A DNA stretch of 64,000 nt, taken from NCBI GenBank assembly GCA_050185275.1, contig JBFWZN010000004.1, positions 320,919 through 384,918 of the forward strand. The letters are read 5' to 3'. Every line of letters begins with the position of its first letter. Positions within the stretch are counted from its first letter, which is position 1. The stretch comes from Vicinamibacterales bacterium. Its GTDB lineage: Bacteria > Acidobacteriota > Vicinamibacteria > Vicinamibacterales > UBA2999. Made by a program: the position numbers and the translations under genes. Below the pieces are notes generated by a model, which was not told the origin of the DNA, ran no database searches, and was given only the letters and a program-made list of their open reading frames with translations. Positions 1 through 8,284 of this stretch are shown in pieces.

Positions 1-710
1 ACCTGGTGCGCCGCGACGCGCAGCTCGTCCTGCTGCTCACGCCCCCGTTCGACCGGATGGCGCATGATCCCGGCTACATCAAGGGGTACCTGCCGGGGAT
101 TCGCGAAAACGGCGGGCAGTACACGCACGCGGCGCTCTGGACCGTGATGGCTCTCACGCGCCTGGGCCTCGGGGACGAAGCGATGGAGCTGTTCCACATG
201 CTCAACCCCGTCAATCACATGCGCTCGCCCGAGGACATCGAGCGCTACAAGGTGGAACCCTACGTGGTGGCGGCCGACGTCTACGCCCACCCGGCCCACG
301 TGGGGCGCGGCGGGTGGACGTGGTACACCGGCTCGGCCGGCTGGATGTACCAGGCCGCCATCGAGGGGCTCCTCGGCCTGCGCCGCCAGGGCGACACCAT
401 GCGCGTGAACCCCTGCATCCCCGCGGTGTGGCCGTACTACGCGCTGGACTGGCGGATCGGCGGCACGCACTACCACTTCAGCGTCTCGAATCCCGAGCAG
501 CGGAGCGCAGGCGTCGGGTCGGCCGACCTCGACGGCATGCCTGTCGATCCGGACCGGATTCCCCTGGTCGAGGATGGCCGGACCCATGAGGTGCGCATCG
601 TGCTCGGCGCCAGCCCCGGGGCCAGGGACGGGTTGGCGGGTGGGACGCTCCCGATGCGCGACCTCCGGAGGGCGCCCGCGCTGGACACCGGGCAGCGGGG
701 CGCGGGCTGA
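1..710 (+). CDS. 3' end of a GH94-family glycosyl hydrolase/phosphorylase gene (cyclic beta-1,2-glucan synthase / cellobiose phosphorylase type); 5' part outside window
   Basis: Frame open to window start (track ORF 6..710); blocks GGQYTHAALW and GWTWYTGSAGWMYQA match the GH94 catalytic domain as I recall it. Confidence 0.75.
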   Translation, partial: LVRRDAQLVLLLTPPFDRMAHDPGYIKGYLPGIRENGGQYTHAALWTVMALTRLGLGDEAMELFHMLNPVNHMRSPEDIERYKVEPYVVAADVYAHPAHVGRGGWTWYTGSAGWMYQAAIEGLLGLRRQGDTMRVNPCIPAVWPYYALDWRIGGTHYHFSVSNPEQRSAGVGSADLDGMPVDPDRIPLVEDGRTHEVRIVLGASPGARDGLAGGTLPMRDLRRAPALDTGQRGAG

Positions 711-749
711 GGTCCGACGCGAGAGCGCAGCCGTTGGCGCGGGTGCGGC

Positions 750-1382
750 CTACGGCCGGATGCTGATGGTCTTGATGACCGGGGGCGTCTCGGGCAGACT
801 CCTCGCCCCGTCGGGACCGGGCAGCGTCGGCGTGTCCGCGAGCGCATCCACGACGGACATGCCGTCGACCACCCGCGCGAAGATGACGTAGTTGGGCGGC
901 AGCAGGAAGTCCTCGTGCATGATGAAGAACTGGCTGCCGTTGGTGTCGGGGCCGGCATTGGCCATGGCGACGAGGCCGCGGCGATACCCTTCCCGATAGA
1001 GGTCGGACTCGAGCGGAATCTCATCCTCGAACGTTCCGCCCCACGCGCTCTCCCCCCCGGTGCCATCCCCTGCCGGATCGCCCCCCTGAAGCATGAAGCC
1101 CTTCACGATGCGGTGAAACGTCAGGCCGTCGTAGTAGCCATGCTCGGCCAGCAGGCGGAAGTTCTCGACCGCCCGAGGCGCTTCGGTTTCGAAGAACTCG
1201 AGCGCGATGTCTCCCCGGTCCGTCTGGATGACGGCATGGCGGCCACCGGAGCTGGTGGCGCCGGCCGGTACCTTCGGGTTGCCGGGCCCGGCTCCCGAGC
1301 CACAGCCGGCGACGAACAGCGCCAGCGCCGAGGTCACGCAGGCGAGCGGGACGACACGCGAGAGCAGGAGGCGTCGAGTCAC
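750..1382 (-). CDS. Peptidyl-prolyl cis-trans isomerase (cyclophilin type), lipoprotein
   Basis: Track ORF 750..2075 trimmed to GTG at 1382; lipobox LALFVAGC; cyclophilin blocks FHRIVKGFMLQGGDP and GLVAMANAGPDTNGSQFFI. Confidence 0.9.
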   Translation of the reverse strand: MTRRLLLSRVVPLACVTSALALFVAGCGSGAGPGNPKVPAGATSSGGRHAVIQTDRGDIALEFFETEAPRAVENFRLLAEHGYYDGLTFHRIVKGFMLQGGDPAGDGTGGESAWGGTFEDEIPLESDLYREGYRRGLVAMANAGPDTNGSQFFIMHEDFLLPPNYVIFARVVDGMSVVDALADTPTLPGPDGARSLPETPPVIKTISIRP

Positions 1383-1522
1383 GAGGTCAAGAGTACGCGA
1401 TCCGTCCCTGTCCCGACACGCCGTCCGGTTGCGGTCGCCACCCGTCGGCTGCCCGTACGCGCAGGCGCGTGGGGCCAGGCCCAGGCACGCCCGCGCGCCC
1501 GCCGGCCCCGCAAGCCCGGCCC

Positions 1523-1960
1523 TCAGGCTGGGTCCGCGCGCCTGATTCGCACACGGTTGTTCCGCGCGCCGTGTTCCAGCTCGACGCGACCGAGCAGCTC
1601 GAGGATTGGCGTGACGTAGTTGGCGAAGCGGCCGCGGTACCCCTTGCGAAGGCCGTAGTAGCCGCCGACCGGGTTGTCCGCGTCTCGCGCCCACGCCTCC
1701 ACCGTGCCCGGCTGGACGGGCTTGCCCTCGTCGGCGTTGCCGAGGGGCATCCAGTCGCCGTGCGCCGCCAGCATGGCGGTCAGGTCGTCGAGACACGCCA
1801 GCCGGTACGACAGCACCGTGCTGCCCACCTGCACGACGAGCGCGGGCGGCGTGCGCGTGTCGTCGCGCCACGCCTTGTAGTCGGAGGTCAGTGAGGGCGT
1901 CTTGAGGATCCAGGGGTCGTCGGCGGTCCCGGTCCCGTAGGTCACCGTGTGTTGCGTCAT
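1523..1960 (-). CDS. Conserved hypothetical protein
   Basis: 145-aa ORF whose ATG overlaps the stop of the SRPBCC gene (ATGA at 1957..1960); block NPVGGYYGLRKGYRGRF is familiar from uncharacterised proteins, but I cannot name the family. Confidence 0.6.
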   Translation of the reverse strand: MTQHTVTYGTGTADDPWILKTPSLTSDYKAWRDDTRTPPALVVQVGSTVLSYRLACLDDLTAMLAAHGDWMPLGNADEGKPVQPGTVEAWARDADNPVGGYYGLRKGYRGRFANYVTPILELLGRVELEHGARNNRVRIRRADPA

Positions 1961-2382
1961 CGCGTGCGCTCCTCGGCCAGCGCCTGCAGGCCGCTGGCGA
2001 ACTTCTCGAACGACGGCGTGAGATCCGGCAGGCTGCGCCCGATGAGCGGGGCGAGCAGGCCGGTGAACTCCTCACGCATGTGGAACTCAGTGCCGGCGCC
2101 GGCCGGGGTGAGAGTGAAATGACGCACGCCTCGGAACAGGCCGAGCGGCATCCCGCCCTCCCACACCATGCGCCGGTGCGGCGTGAACTCGCGCACGCGC
2201 AGCGCGAACGCGCGACCGGGGCTCGCGTCGGACCACAGCTTCAGGCGTGCGCCGGGCGCGATGGTGCCGTCAAGGCGCGTGAGGCCGAGGCCGCCGGCCA
2301 CCAGGGCCCGCGCATCGGTGAGGACGGCCCACACGCGGTCGGGCGATGCCGCAATCGTGCGGCGGACTTCGAAATGTCTCAT
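1957..2382 (-). CDS. SRPBCC-superfamily (START/polyketide cyclase-like) protein
   Basis: Track ORF 1957..2565 trimmed to ATG at 2382 (MRHFEVRRTIAASPDRVWAVLTD...), a typical SRPBCC N-terminus; divergent from a WYL regulator. Confidence 0.8.
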   Translation of the reverse strand: MRHFEVRRTIAASPDRVWAVLTDARALVAGGLGLTRLDGTIAPGARLKLWSDASPGRAFALRVREFTPHRRMVWEGGMPLGLFRGVRHFTLTPAGAGTEFHMREEFTGLLAPLIGRSLPDLTPSFEKFASGLQALAEERTR

Positions 2383-2434
2383 CGGGACTCCGTTCAGGAC
2401 TGCAGCCCTTATCGCCCACCAACGGTGACATCTT

Positions 2435-3130
2435 GTGTCATATTTGGGCGTGCGCGCCTCACGCCTCCTGCAGATGCTCCTCCTGCTGCAGAATCGCGGG
2501 CGCCTCACGAGCGCCGACCTGGCCCGCGAACTCGAAGTGGCGCGCCGCACGATCCTGCGCGACATCGACGCGTTGACGCAGGCCGGCCTGCCGATGGTCG
2601 TCTACCCGGGGCACCGGGGCGGCATCGAGCTGGGCTTCAACTACCGCACCCGCCTCACCGGCCTCGCGGCAGACGAGGCCGAGGCCGTGGGCGTCCTGCT
2701 CTCGCGGCCGCAGGAGGCCCTGGCCGCTGTGGGCCTCGCCGATGCGGCGCGGCGCGCGAGCCGGAAGCTGCTGGAGTCGCTGCCCGACCAGGTTCGCGAA
2801 CGGGCGCTCCTGGCCGCAGCGCGCTTCCGGTTCCTGCCGGACACGGCCGGCGAGGACGATCCGCGGGTGCCCGCCGTCGCCCTGGCCGTCCGCGAGCGCC
2901 GCATCGTGCGGCTGCACGCCCACCAGCCGTCTGAACGCGTCGTCCATCCGGTGGCGCTCGTCTTTGGCCGTGACGGCTGGAACCTCGAGGACGCACGCGC
3001 CGGCGGGGGGCTCGTCCCCCTCGCCGCGTGGGGAGACGTCAACATCTCGTCGCGCACGTTCGCGCCCCCGGTGCCGCCGCCCAGGCGGCGGCCCGCCAGA
3101 AGGCGCCGGGCGCGGGCCGGAACACCGTAG
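2435..3130 (+). CDS. YafY-type HTH/WYL-domain transcriptional regulator
   Basis: N-terminal HTH RLLQMLLLLQNRGRLTSADLARELEVARRTILRDIDAL; size and layout of YafY/WYL regulators; start may be the GTG a few codons downstream. Confidence 0.8.
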   Translation: MSYLGVRASRLLQMLLLLQNRGRLTSADLARELEVARRTILRDIDALTQAGLPMVVYPGHRGGIELGFNYRTRLTGLAADEAEAVGVLLSRPQEALAAVGLADAARRASRKLLESLPDQVRERALLAAARFRFLPDTAGEDDPRVPAVALAVRERRIVRLHAHQPSERVVHPVALVFGRDGWNLEDARAGGGLVPLAAWGDVNISSRTFAPPVPPPRRRPARRRRARAGTP

Positions 3131-3252
3131 CCGCGCCGTCACGCACCACGTCCACGGCATCAGCACGGAGCGGCAGCCGGTCGGCGTTCACACCTGCGTT
3201 CACGCCGGCATTCACACCCCCGTTCACGCCCCCGTTCACGTGGGCGGGCTGG

Positions 3253-4659
3253 TCACGTCGGCGGGCTGGCCTCGAGCGGCAGCCGAGACGCCTCCCACGC
3301 GGAGCAGCCGCCGACCAGGTCATAGAGGGGCCCCGGTCTGCGCTGCGCCAGCAGGCTCGCGGCGGTGGCGGAGCGATAGCCGGCTTCGCAGTGCACGACG
3401 AGCGGACGATCGGCGGGCAGCTCGCCCACGCGGTCACGCAGCCGGTTCAGGGGCACGTTCAGGCTGCCGGGGATGTGCCGGTCCTGCCATTCCTTCTCGG
3501 TGCGCACGTCCAGCACGAGCGGTGCACCGGGCCGCGCCAGTTGCTCGCTGAGGGCCACGGCCGTTATCCGTTCGATGCGAGCCACCAGGTCCGGACGCTC
3601 CGCCAGGGCGTCCATGCCGTCCCGCAGGTAGCCGGCCACGCGGTCGAACCCGATGCGTCCCAGCCGGATGACCGCCTCCTCGTGTGCACCCGCGTCGGCA
3701 ATGAGGACGATGGGGCGGTCGTGGTCGAGGACGGTGCCACACCAGGTCGCGTAGGGTCCCTGCAGCCCCACGTGGACGGCCCCGGTCAAGTGGGCGGCCT
3801 CGAAGTCGATGCCCGCGCGGACATCGAGGACCTGCGCGCCCTCGGCCTGCAGGCGCAGGACCTCGTCGAGCGGCAGGGCCCGCAGGGCGCCGGTGAGCGT
3901 CCGGTCGAGGCTCGGCCGCTCCTGCCGGTTGAGCATGGCGTCCACGCTGAAGTACCCCGGCGCCTCGGGCTGCTCGGCGGTCACGAGCCGGGCGAACGTC
4001 TCGCGGTCCATCGGCTGCAGGGCGTAGTTGAAGCGCTTCTGCTCGCCGATCGTCGAGACCGTGTCCGTGCTCAGGTGCTTGCCACACATCGAGCCGGCGC
4101 CGTGGGCAGGATAGACGAGCGTGTCGTCGGGCAGGCGCGCGAGCTTCGTCGTGAGCGAGTCGTAGAGCATGTCGGCCAGCGCCTCGGCGGTCACGCCCAC
4201 CGACGCCATCAGGTCGGGCCGGCCCACGTCGCCGATGAACAGCGTGTCGCCGGTGAGCACGGCATAGGGCGTCTCCGGACGTGCCGCCAGGTCGTACACG
4301 AGGATGGAGATGCCTTCCGGGGTGTGCCCCGGCGTCTCGAGAATCTCGAGGCGCACGTCGCCGAACTCGATGCGCTCGCCATCGGCGAGCTTGCGGGCGT
4401 CGAACTCCGGCTCGGCGCGACGGCCGAGGCAGATGCGGGCGCCGACACGGTCCCGCAGCTCGATATGGCCCGCCAGGAAATCGGCGTGGAAATGCGTGAG
4501 GAACACGTAGTCGATCGAATAGCCGCCGGCTCGCGCGTCCGCCAGGTACTGCTCGATGTCGCGTTGCGGATCGACGACGGCGGCCACGCGGCTGCGCTCG
4601 TCGGCGATGAGGTACGAGGCGTGGGCCAGACACCCGAGGTAGTACTGCGTGAAGACCAT
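3253..4659 (-). CDS. MBL-fold hydrolase fused to two rhodanese domains (persulfide dioxygenase-sulfurtransferase-like)
   Basis: Trimmed to ATG at 4659 (MVFTQYYLGCLAHASYLI); HxHxDH motif LTHFHADF; C-terminal rhodanese active-site loop VVHCEAGYRS. Confidence 0.85.
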   Translation of the reverse strand: MVFTQYYLGCLAHASYLIADERSRVAAVVDPQRDIEQYLADARAGGYSIDYVFLTHFHADFLAGHIELRDRVGARICLGRRAEPEFDARKLADGERIEFGDVRLEILETPGHTPEGISILVYDLAARPETPYAVLTGDTLFIGDVGRPDLMASVGVTAEALADMLYDSLTTKLARLPDDTLVYPAHGAGSMCGKHLSTDTVSTIGEQKRFNYALQPMDRETFARLVTAEQPEAPGYFSVDAMLNRQERPSLDRTLTGALRALPLDEVLRLQAEGAQVLDVRAGIDFEAAHLTGAVHVGLQGPYATWCGTVLDHDRPIVLIADAGAHEEAVIRLGRIGFDRVAGYLRDGMDALAERPDLVARIERITAVALSEQLARPGAPLVLDVRTEKEWQDRHIPGSLNVPLNRLRDRVGELPADRPLVVHCEAGYRSATAASLLAQRRPGPLYDLVGGCSAWEASRLPLEASPPT

Positions 4660-4762
4660 GATCGTGCTCCGCACGCATTCTATGTCTGCGTGACCACCCG
4701 GCAACGCGCGCGGCGTGCAGTACACTCACGAGGCACTCGAACGCTGAACGAAGGGAGCTCCC

Positions 4763-5485
4763 ATGGCCACGCGCACCAAGACGACCGCCTCATCCTCCAG
4801 CCGGCGCACGACCGGCTCACCCGATCCGCGCTTCTCCAAGCCACTCGAGCGGCGCATGCTCGCGTTTGCCGAGCAGCTCGGTCAGGTCGTCGGCGCCGTG
4901 CACACCACGGCGGAGGGATGGATGGACAAGGGCTCGCTGGGGGCACAGCTCGCGTCGGTGCGCGACGGCGCCACCGAACTCCTGCGCCAGCTGGCCGCCG
5001 GCGCCGCGAAGGCGACACGCCAGGCCAGCACGAAGGCCACGGCCGGCTCCACGCGCGCGACGCGCGCCACGACCGCGAAGGCGACCGCAGGCGCGGGTGG
5101 CAGGGGCGCGGCCAGGAAGGCCTCCGCACCCGCATCCGGCAAAGGCGCCGGTTCGCCAGCAGTAAAGACGGGAAGGGCGGGAAGCACGGCGAAGGCGGGA
5201 AGCACAGCGAAGGCCGGGAGCACGGGAAAGGCCGGGAGCACGGGAAAGGCCGGCAAGACGCGCACGGCCAGCCGAACGGCGAAGGCCGGCGCGAAGGCCG
5301 CGGCCTCGAGCGCCGCCCCAGGCAGGGCCGGAGGCCGTAGCGGTGGCAGGGTGGACGCTCCGGGCAAGCGTCACCGCTCGCCTGCGCCGTCCGATGCACT
5401 GCCCAGCCCTGCGCCAGGGCAGGAGGTCAAGGCGCAGCGCGCCAGAACGGCGCAGCGTCTCATCCGGCGGCGCGGGCGCATCTAG
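4763..5485 (+). CDS. Basic Ala/Lys/Gly/Thr-rich protein with KAGST repeats (histone-H1-like low-complexity tail)
   Basis: GGGAG 5 nt upstream of ATG; structured N-terminal ~80 aa followed by a low-complexity basic tail including (KAGST[A/G])x4. Confidence 0.6.
   Translation: MATRTKTTASSSSRRTTGSPDPRFSKPLERRMLAFAEQLGQVVGAVHTTAEGWMDKGSLGAQLASVRDGATELLRQLAAGAAKATRQASTKATAGSTRATRATTAKATAGAGGRGAARKASAPASGKGAGSPAVKTGRAGSTAKAGSTAKAGSTGKAGSTGKAGKTRTASRTAKAGAKAAASSAAPGRAGGRSGGRVDAPGKRHRSPAPSDALPSPAPGQEVKAQRARTAQRLIRRRGRI
5176..5260 (+). repeat. 18-bp in-frame tandem repeat (about 4.5 units) inside CDS 4763..5485
   Basis: ggcgggaagcacggcgaa / ggcgggaagcacagcgaa / ggccgggagcacgggaaa x2 / partial unit. 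Confidence 0.85.
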
Positions 5486-5490
5486 CGATT

Positions 5491-5651
5491 TTCGCGTCGG
5501 TGTCGCACGCCCTCCCGGTCCGACTTGCGCACGGCGTGACAGCGGCAGTCTGGAAAACGATGCGCAAGGGGAGTCACCGAATCCCCGGAGCATCGTTTTC
5601 CCACGGCGTCGCGCCGGAGGACCGGGAGGGCGTGCGACACCCACGCGCGAA
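5491..5651 (+). repeat. Nested palindromic intergenic element, copy 1 of 3 (MITE/REP-like or structured RNA)
   Basis: Outer arms gtgtcgcacgccctcccggtcc / ggaccgggagggcgtgcgacac; inner 12-bp stem ggaaaacgatgc / gcatcgttttcc; lies between convergent genes ending at 5485 and 5673. Confidence 0.85.
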
Positions 5652-5672
5652 GGGCTGACCACACGGGACCGG

Positions 5673-6671
5673 TCAGGGTCGCGGTGCCGTGAGCCCGCGG
5701 AGCACGGACTCCGCCTCCTCGACCAGGGCAAGGACGACCTCTCGGGCCGGGCGCACATCGGTGACGAGCCCGACACCCTGTCCTGCCCACAACGACAGGT
5801 TGTCGATATCGCCTGCCGTCTGCGGGCCCGGCGTGTGCGATTGATAGCGGCGTACCGGTGCGCCGCTGGCCGCGACGGCCAGCACATCTCCCTCGCCGGG
5901 CCGCGCGCCCGACGGGGGCCGCCCCGCGGCCTCCCACGCCGCGACCGTGTCGTTGCCCAGCGCACGATGAGGCGCATGCGGCCACCCGATGTCGAAGAGG
6001 TTCTCGAACCACCGCGCGTCCGACGCGTCGGCGGACAGCAGCCGCTCCCGATACCGGGGGTGAATGGCCGCCTCAGGCGTGGCCAGGAACCGGGTGCCGA
6101 GCCACACGCCGCCCGCGCCGAGCGCGAGCGCCGCCGCGAGCCCGCGCCCGTCCGCCATGCCCCCGGCCGCCACGACCGGCACGTCCCCCACGACATCCAC
6201 GACCGCGGGCACGAGCGCCATCGTTGCCACGGTCCCCCACACATGACCGCCCGCTTCCCAGCCCTGGGCCACCACCACGTCGGCGCCACGGTCCACCGCC
6301 GCACGGGCTTCGTCCGCACTCCCCACCGATTCGAGCACGGTGGCGCCTCCCGCACGGGCCCTGGTGACGAGCGCCCTCGATGTGCCCCAGAAGAACGAGA
6401 CGATTGGCACGCCCGCCTCCAGGCAGATCTCGAGGCGCTCCTCCTGCGGCCACGCCAGGTTGAGATTGACGCCGAACGGCCGATCGGTGCGTTCGCGCAC
6501 GTGCCGGATGGCCGCGCGCACGGCATCGGGCGCGTGGCGCCAGAGCGCGAGCATGCCGAGGCCGCCCGCCTCGCTCACGGCTGCGGCCAGCTCCGGACCG
6601 TCGCCGCCGCTCATCGGCGCCTGAATGACGGGATGCGTGATGTGGAGTCGATCGGTCAGCCTGGTCTGCAT
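5673..6671 (-). CDS. Nitronate monooxygenase (2-nitropropane dioxygenase family, FMN TIM barrel)
   Basis: Trimmed to ATG at 6671 (MQTRLTDRLHITHPVIQAPMSGG); block GADVVVAQGWEAGGH. Confidence 0.85.
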   Translation of the reverse strand: MQTRLTDRLHITHPVIQAPMSGGDGPELAAAVSEAGGLGMLALWRHAPDAVRAAIRHVRERTDRPFGVNLNLAWPQEERLEICLEAGVPIVSFFWGTSRALVTRARAGGATVLESVGSADEARAAVDRGADVVVAQGWEAGGHVWGTVATMALVPAVVDVVGDVPVVAAGGMADGRGLAAALALGAGGVWLGTRFLATPEAAIHPRYRERLLSADASDARWFENLFDIGWPHAPHRALGNDTVAAWEAAGRPPSGARPGEGDVLAVAASGAPVRRYQSHTPGPQTAGDIDNLSLWAGQGVGLVTDVRPAREVVLALVEEAESVLRGLTAPRP

Positions 6672-6688
6672 GGTGGTCTCCTGCGGCC

Positions 6689-8146
6689 TCAGAGGTACGG
6701 CGTGAACAGGCGGGCCACGCCGTCGCGCAGCCGCACGGGCAGCGAGCGGGCGTCCACCTCGGCCAGGGACGTTTCGTGCGACCGGCCGACGATCGCGTCG
6801 AAGTGCGTGGCCAGCCGGCCGGCCAGGGGAGCGTCGTAGCACTCCACGTTGAACTCGAAGTTCAGCCGCAGGCTGCGCGGGTCCCAGTTGGTGGAGCCGA
6901 TCAGCGCCCACGCCCCGTCCACGACCAGTATCTTCGAGTGGTCGAACGGAGGCGGACTGAGGAACAGGCGGCAGCCACACGCCAGCACCTGCCACCAGTG
7001 CGCGGTGGAGGCCCACTGCACGAAGGGCAGGTTGCCCCGGGCCGGCACCAGGATGTGGACGGCCACGCCGCGCATGGCGGCCAGCGTGAGCGCGGCGATG
7101 AGCGTCTGGTCGGGCAGGAAGTACGGTGTGGCGAGCCGCACCGACGAACGGGCCGCGCCGAGGGCCGACAGCAGCGTCCAGCGCAGCCGCTCGAGATCCT
7201 CGTCCGGTCCGTCCGCGATGCCCCGTGCCACCACCGGTCCCTCCGCGTCGACCGACGGAAACCAGTCGTCACCCCGCAGGGCCTCCCCGGTCGTGAAGGC
7301 CCAGTCGTCGGCAAACGCCTCCTGCAGGTGCGCCACGATGGGCCCTTCGAGGCGGAAGTGCACGTCCCGTACGGGATGCGGAGGGTTGCGCGCGAGCCAG
7401 TGTCCGGCACGAATGTTCATGCCTCCGGTGAACCCGACCCGTCCGTCGACGACCAGCAGCTTCCGGTGATTGCGCAGGTTGAGCGACACGACCTGCCAGA
7501 TCGGAAACGTCGGCAGGAACCGCGCGTACGGCACACCCGCTCGGCGGAGCGCGCCCGTGATGGTGGGCCAGGAGTACCAGGCGCCCGTCGCGTCCACCAA
7601 CACGCGCACCTGCACACCGCGTCGCACGGCTGCGCCCAGGGCCCGTACGAACGTCAGCCCCACGTCGTCCCGGTCGAAGATGTAGGTGGACAGCGTGACG
7701 GTGTGGCGGGCCCCCTCGATGGCGGCCAGCATCGCCGGGTAGGCCTCGTCGCCGTCGACGAGCGGCTCCACGTGGTTGCCGAGGAGCAGCGGCCGAGGCA
7801 ACAGCCCGGAGGAGGCCCGGGCAAGCGTCACGAGGTGGGCCGCCGAGCCGGGCAGGCGCTCGACCAGCGCCTCGGGCGAAACCTCGCGCTCGGGTTGTGG
7901 GACCCGCGCATGGCGGAGCCCGCGGCGCAGGAGCACAGCCTGACGCCGGATGCGATTGACGCCCAGAATGAAATAGAGGATCGTGCCGAAGAGCGGCAGG
8001 ATCCAGATGACGCTCACCCACAGGGCCGCGGCGCGAGGATCGCGCTTGTAGAGCACGGCGTGCCCTGCCCCGACGGCCGCCACCGCCACGAGCAGAGCCA
8101 GTGCCACGAGCGGCCAGACGTGTGCCGATGACCACCACCAGTCCAT
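6689..8146 (-). CDS. cls: Cardiolipin synthase (phospholipase D superfamily)
   Basis: Trimmed to ATG at 8146 (MDWWWSSAHVWPLVALALL, N-terminal TM helices); two HKD motifs NHRKLLVVDG and DHSKILVVDG. Confidence 0.9.
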   Translation of the reverse strand: MDWWWSSAHVWPLVALALLVAVAAVGAGHAVLYKRDPRAAALWVSVIWILPLFGTILYFILGVNRIRRQAVLLRRGLRHARVPQPEREVSPEALVERLPGSAAHLVTLARASSGLLPRPLLLGNHVEPLVDGDEAYPAMLAAIEGARHTVTLSTYIFDRDDVGLTFVRALGAAVRRGVQVRVLVDATGAWYSWPTITGALRRAGVPYARFLPTFPIWQVVSLNLRNHRKLLVVDGRVGFTGGMNIRAGHWLARNPPHPVRDVHFRLEGPIVAHLQEAFADDWAFTTGEALRGDDWFPSVDAEGPVVARGIADGPDEDLERLRWTLLSALGAARSSVRLATPYFLPDQTLIAALTLAAMRGVAVHILVPARGNLPFVQWASTAHWWQVLACGCRLFLSPPPFDHSKILVVDGAWALIGSTNWDPRSLRLNFEFNVECYDAPLAGRLATHFDAIVGRSHETSLAEVDARSLPVRLRDGVARLFTPYL

Positions 8147-8284
8147 GACGCCGCCACCGCAGAGCCTAGCAGCTATCGTCAGCAGGCGTGAGCAGCACCG
8201 GGACGCCCCGCTGACCGGGCCCCACGACCGGGCCGGCCTCCTGCCCGCGAGGATGCCGCCGCCCCGCAGCGAGGCGAGAGCGGC

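Noticed and set aside
3028-5340. 770-aa plus-strand ORF (and the similar 4817..6526 minus-strand ORF).
   Set aside because: It is antisense to, or overlaps, genes with clear family motifs (MBL-rhodanese, nitronate monooxygenase). The Arg/Ala/Gly/Pro-rich composition is typical of shadow ORFs in high-GC DNA.
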